Shown piece by piece: positions 57,913 through 58,414 of a stretch of 58,414 nucleotides of DNA. The notes below the pieces were generated by a model. That model worked only from the letters and a program-made list of their open reading frames with translations, had not been told where the DNA came from and searched no databases. This DNA comes from an uncultured Methanosarcinales archaeon. Its GTDB lineage: Archaea > Nanobdellota > Nanobdellia > Woesearchaeales > UBA583. Every line of letters starts with the position of its first letter. The first letter of the stretch is position 1. Where the stretch lies: contig CAZLRR010000002.1 of NCBI GenBank assembly GCA_964562045.1, forward strand, positions 1 to 58,414, read 5' to 3'. The position numbers and the translations under genes are program-made.

Positions 57913-58366
57913 CTGAAGTTATGCGTTTTTTATCTTAGGTGTTTGAAATAATTTCTAATTATAAGAAATAAAAAAGTTGGCATTTTTGTTATATGAGTTC
58001 TTAAAAGATTAAGATTTTAATAGATTTTTGTCCCCAAACCTCCCCAAAAACTTCGTTTTTGCTAGCCAATTTTAGAATTAAAATCCTAATCTTTGAGATG
58101 TTATACAATACATTCTTGCCAACTTTTAAGTTTCCTCCCTCCTCCATAAAGTTTTGACATTTTTGTTATATTAGATAGTATAAATTTGGGTTTAATTGAG
58201 TTTTCCCCAAGCCTCCCCCTCGCTTTGCTCGGCAGCCAATGTTACATCTAAAAACCCAAATTTCTTGTTGTTAAAATAGTTAATTCTGTCAAAACTTTCA
58301 GCTCACGCGCTCGAGGCCTTAAAAGTAAGAGATAAATTCAAATTCCTAAAAAACGCATAACTTCAG
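57913..58366. repeat. Perfect 19-bp inverted repeat (57913-57931 ctgaagttatgcgtttttt; 58348-58366 aaaaaacgcataacttcag) that brackets R1 copy c
   Basis: I checked the exact reverse complementarity by hand. Confidence 0.9.
57942..58345 (+). repeat. R1 nested-hairpin repeat, copy c (two complete modules)
   Basis: Module 1 stems are aaaagttggca/tgccaactttt and aaagattaagatttt/aaaatcctaatcttt. Module 2 stems are aaagttttgaca/tgtcaaaacttt and aaatttgggttt/aaacccaaattt. Confidence 0.9.
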
Positions 58367-58414
58367 TTTTTAAGAGAAAAACTTATAAAAGAAGAGCTTG
58401 AGGAATTAGTATAA

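Noticed and set aside
57942-58345. Whether the G-rich strand of R1 (TTTGGGGAGGTTTGGGGA) represents origin recognition boxes of a replication origin, or G-quadruplex or telomere-like repeats.
   Set aside because: There is no orc1/cdc6 gene, and no AT-rich unwinding element flanked by inverted ORBs. Each site has only two G-tracts. The copies are dispersed at five loci, which fits a repeat family better than an origin.

Overview
This is an AT-rich (roughly 30% GC by eye), tightly packed archaeal chromosomal segment. It looks most like a small-genome DPANN-type archaeon. All family assignments below come from motif recognition by eye, because no database search was possible.

Coding content:
- Archaeal core genes: RadA, proteasome-activating nucleotidase (PAN), TFS, ribosomal protein S6e, archaeal-type ProRS, SecD and SecF, and an NreA-like protein.
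- A Hel308/Ski2-type helicase that lacks its N-terminal RecA1 domain and carries a 508-aa LAGLIDADG intein.
- Bacterial-type GyrB, plus DnaK, DnaJ and GrpE scattered over about 17 kb.
- A surface and envelope set: class-III-signal-peptide (pilin-like) proteins, an orphan FlaI/VirB11-type ATPase, a processive GT2 synthase operon, and large secreted proteins.
- Most genes have a TTTATAAAT/TTTATATA-type TATA box 20-30 nt upstream of the ATG, so they appear leaderless.

The most unusual content is non-coding. It comprises three unrelated families of short repeated elements that I cannot assign to any known family.
- R1 is a 280-400 bp nested-hairpin element with 3 full copies and 2 fragments. It flanks dnaK and dnaJ.
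- R2 is a 60-90 nt element that sits 16-19 nt after the stop codon of three unrelated genes, always in the sense orientation.
- R3 is a 106-131 bp hairpin-containing insertion. One copy splits a DinD/Bro-N-like gene and is flanked by a 5-bp direct repeat; a second copy lies just after proS.

Other observations:
- A perfect 95-bp tandem repeat lies at the window edge.
- radA and the DinD-like gene share a 38-nt promoter block.
- A duplicated J-domain 5' fragment sits in front of dnaJ.
- There is a promoter- and terminator-bounded ~119-nt candidate ncRNA.
- Two genes have in-frame stops followed by open frame.
- No tRNA, rRNA or CRISPR array could be supported.
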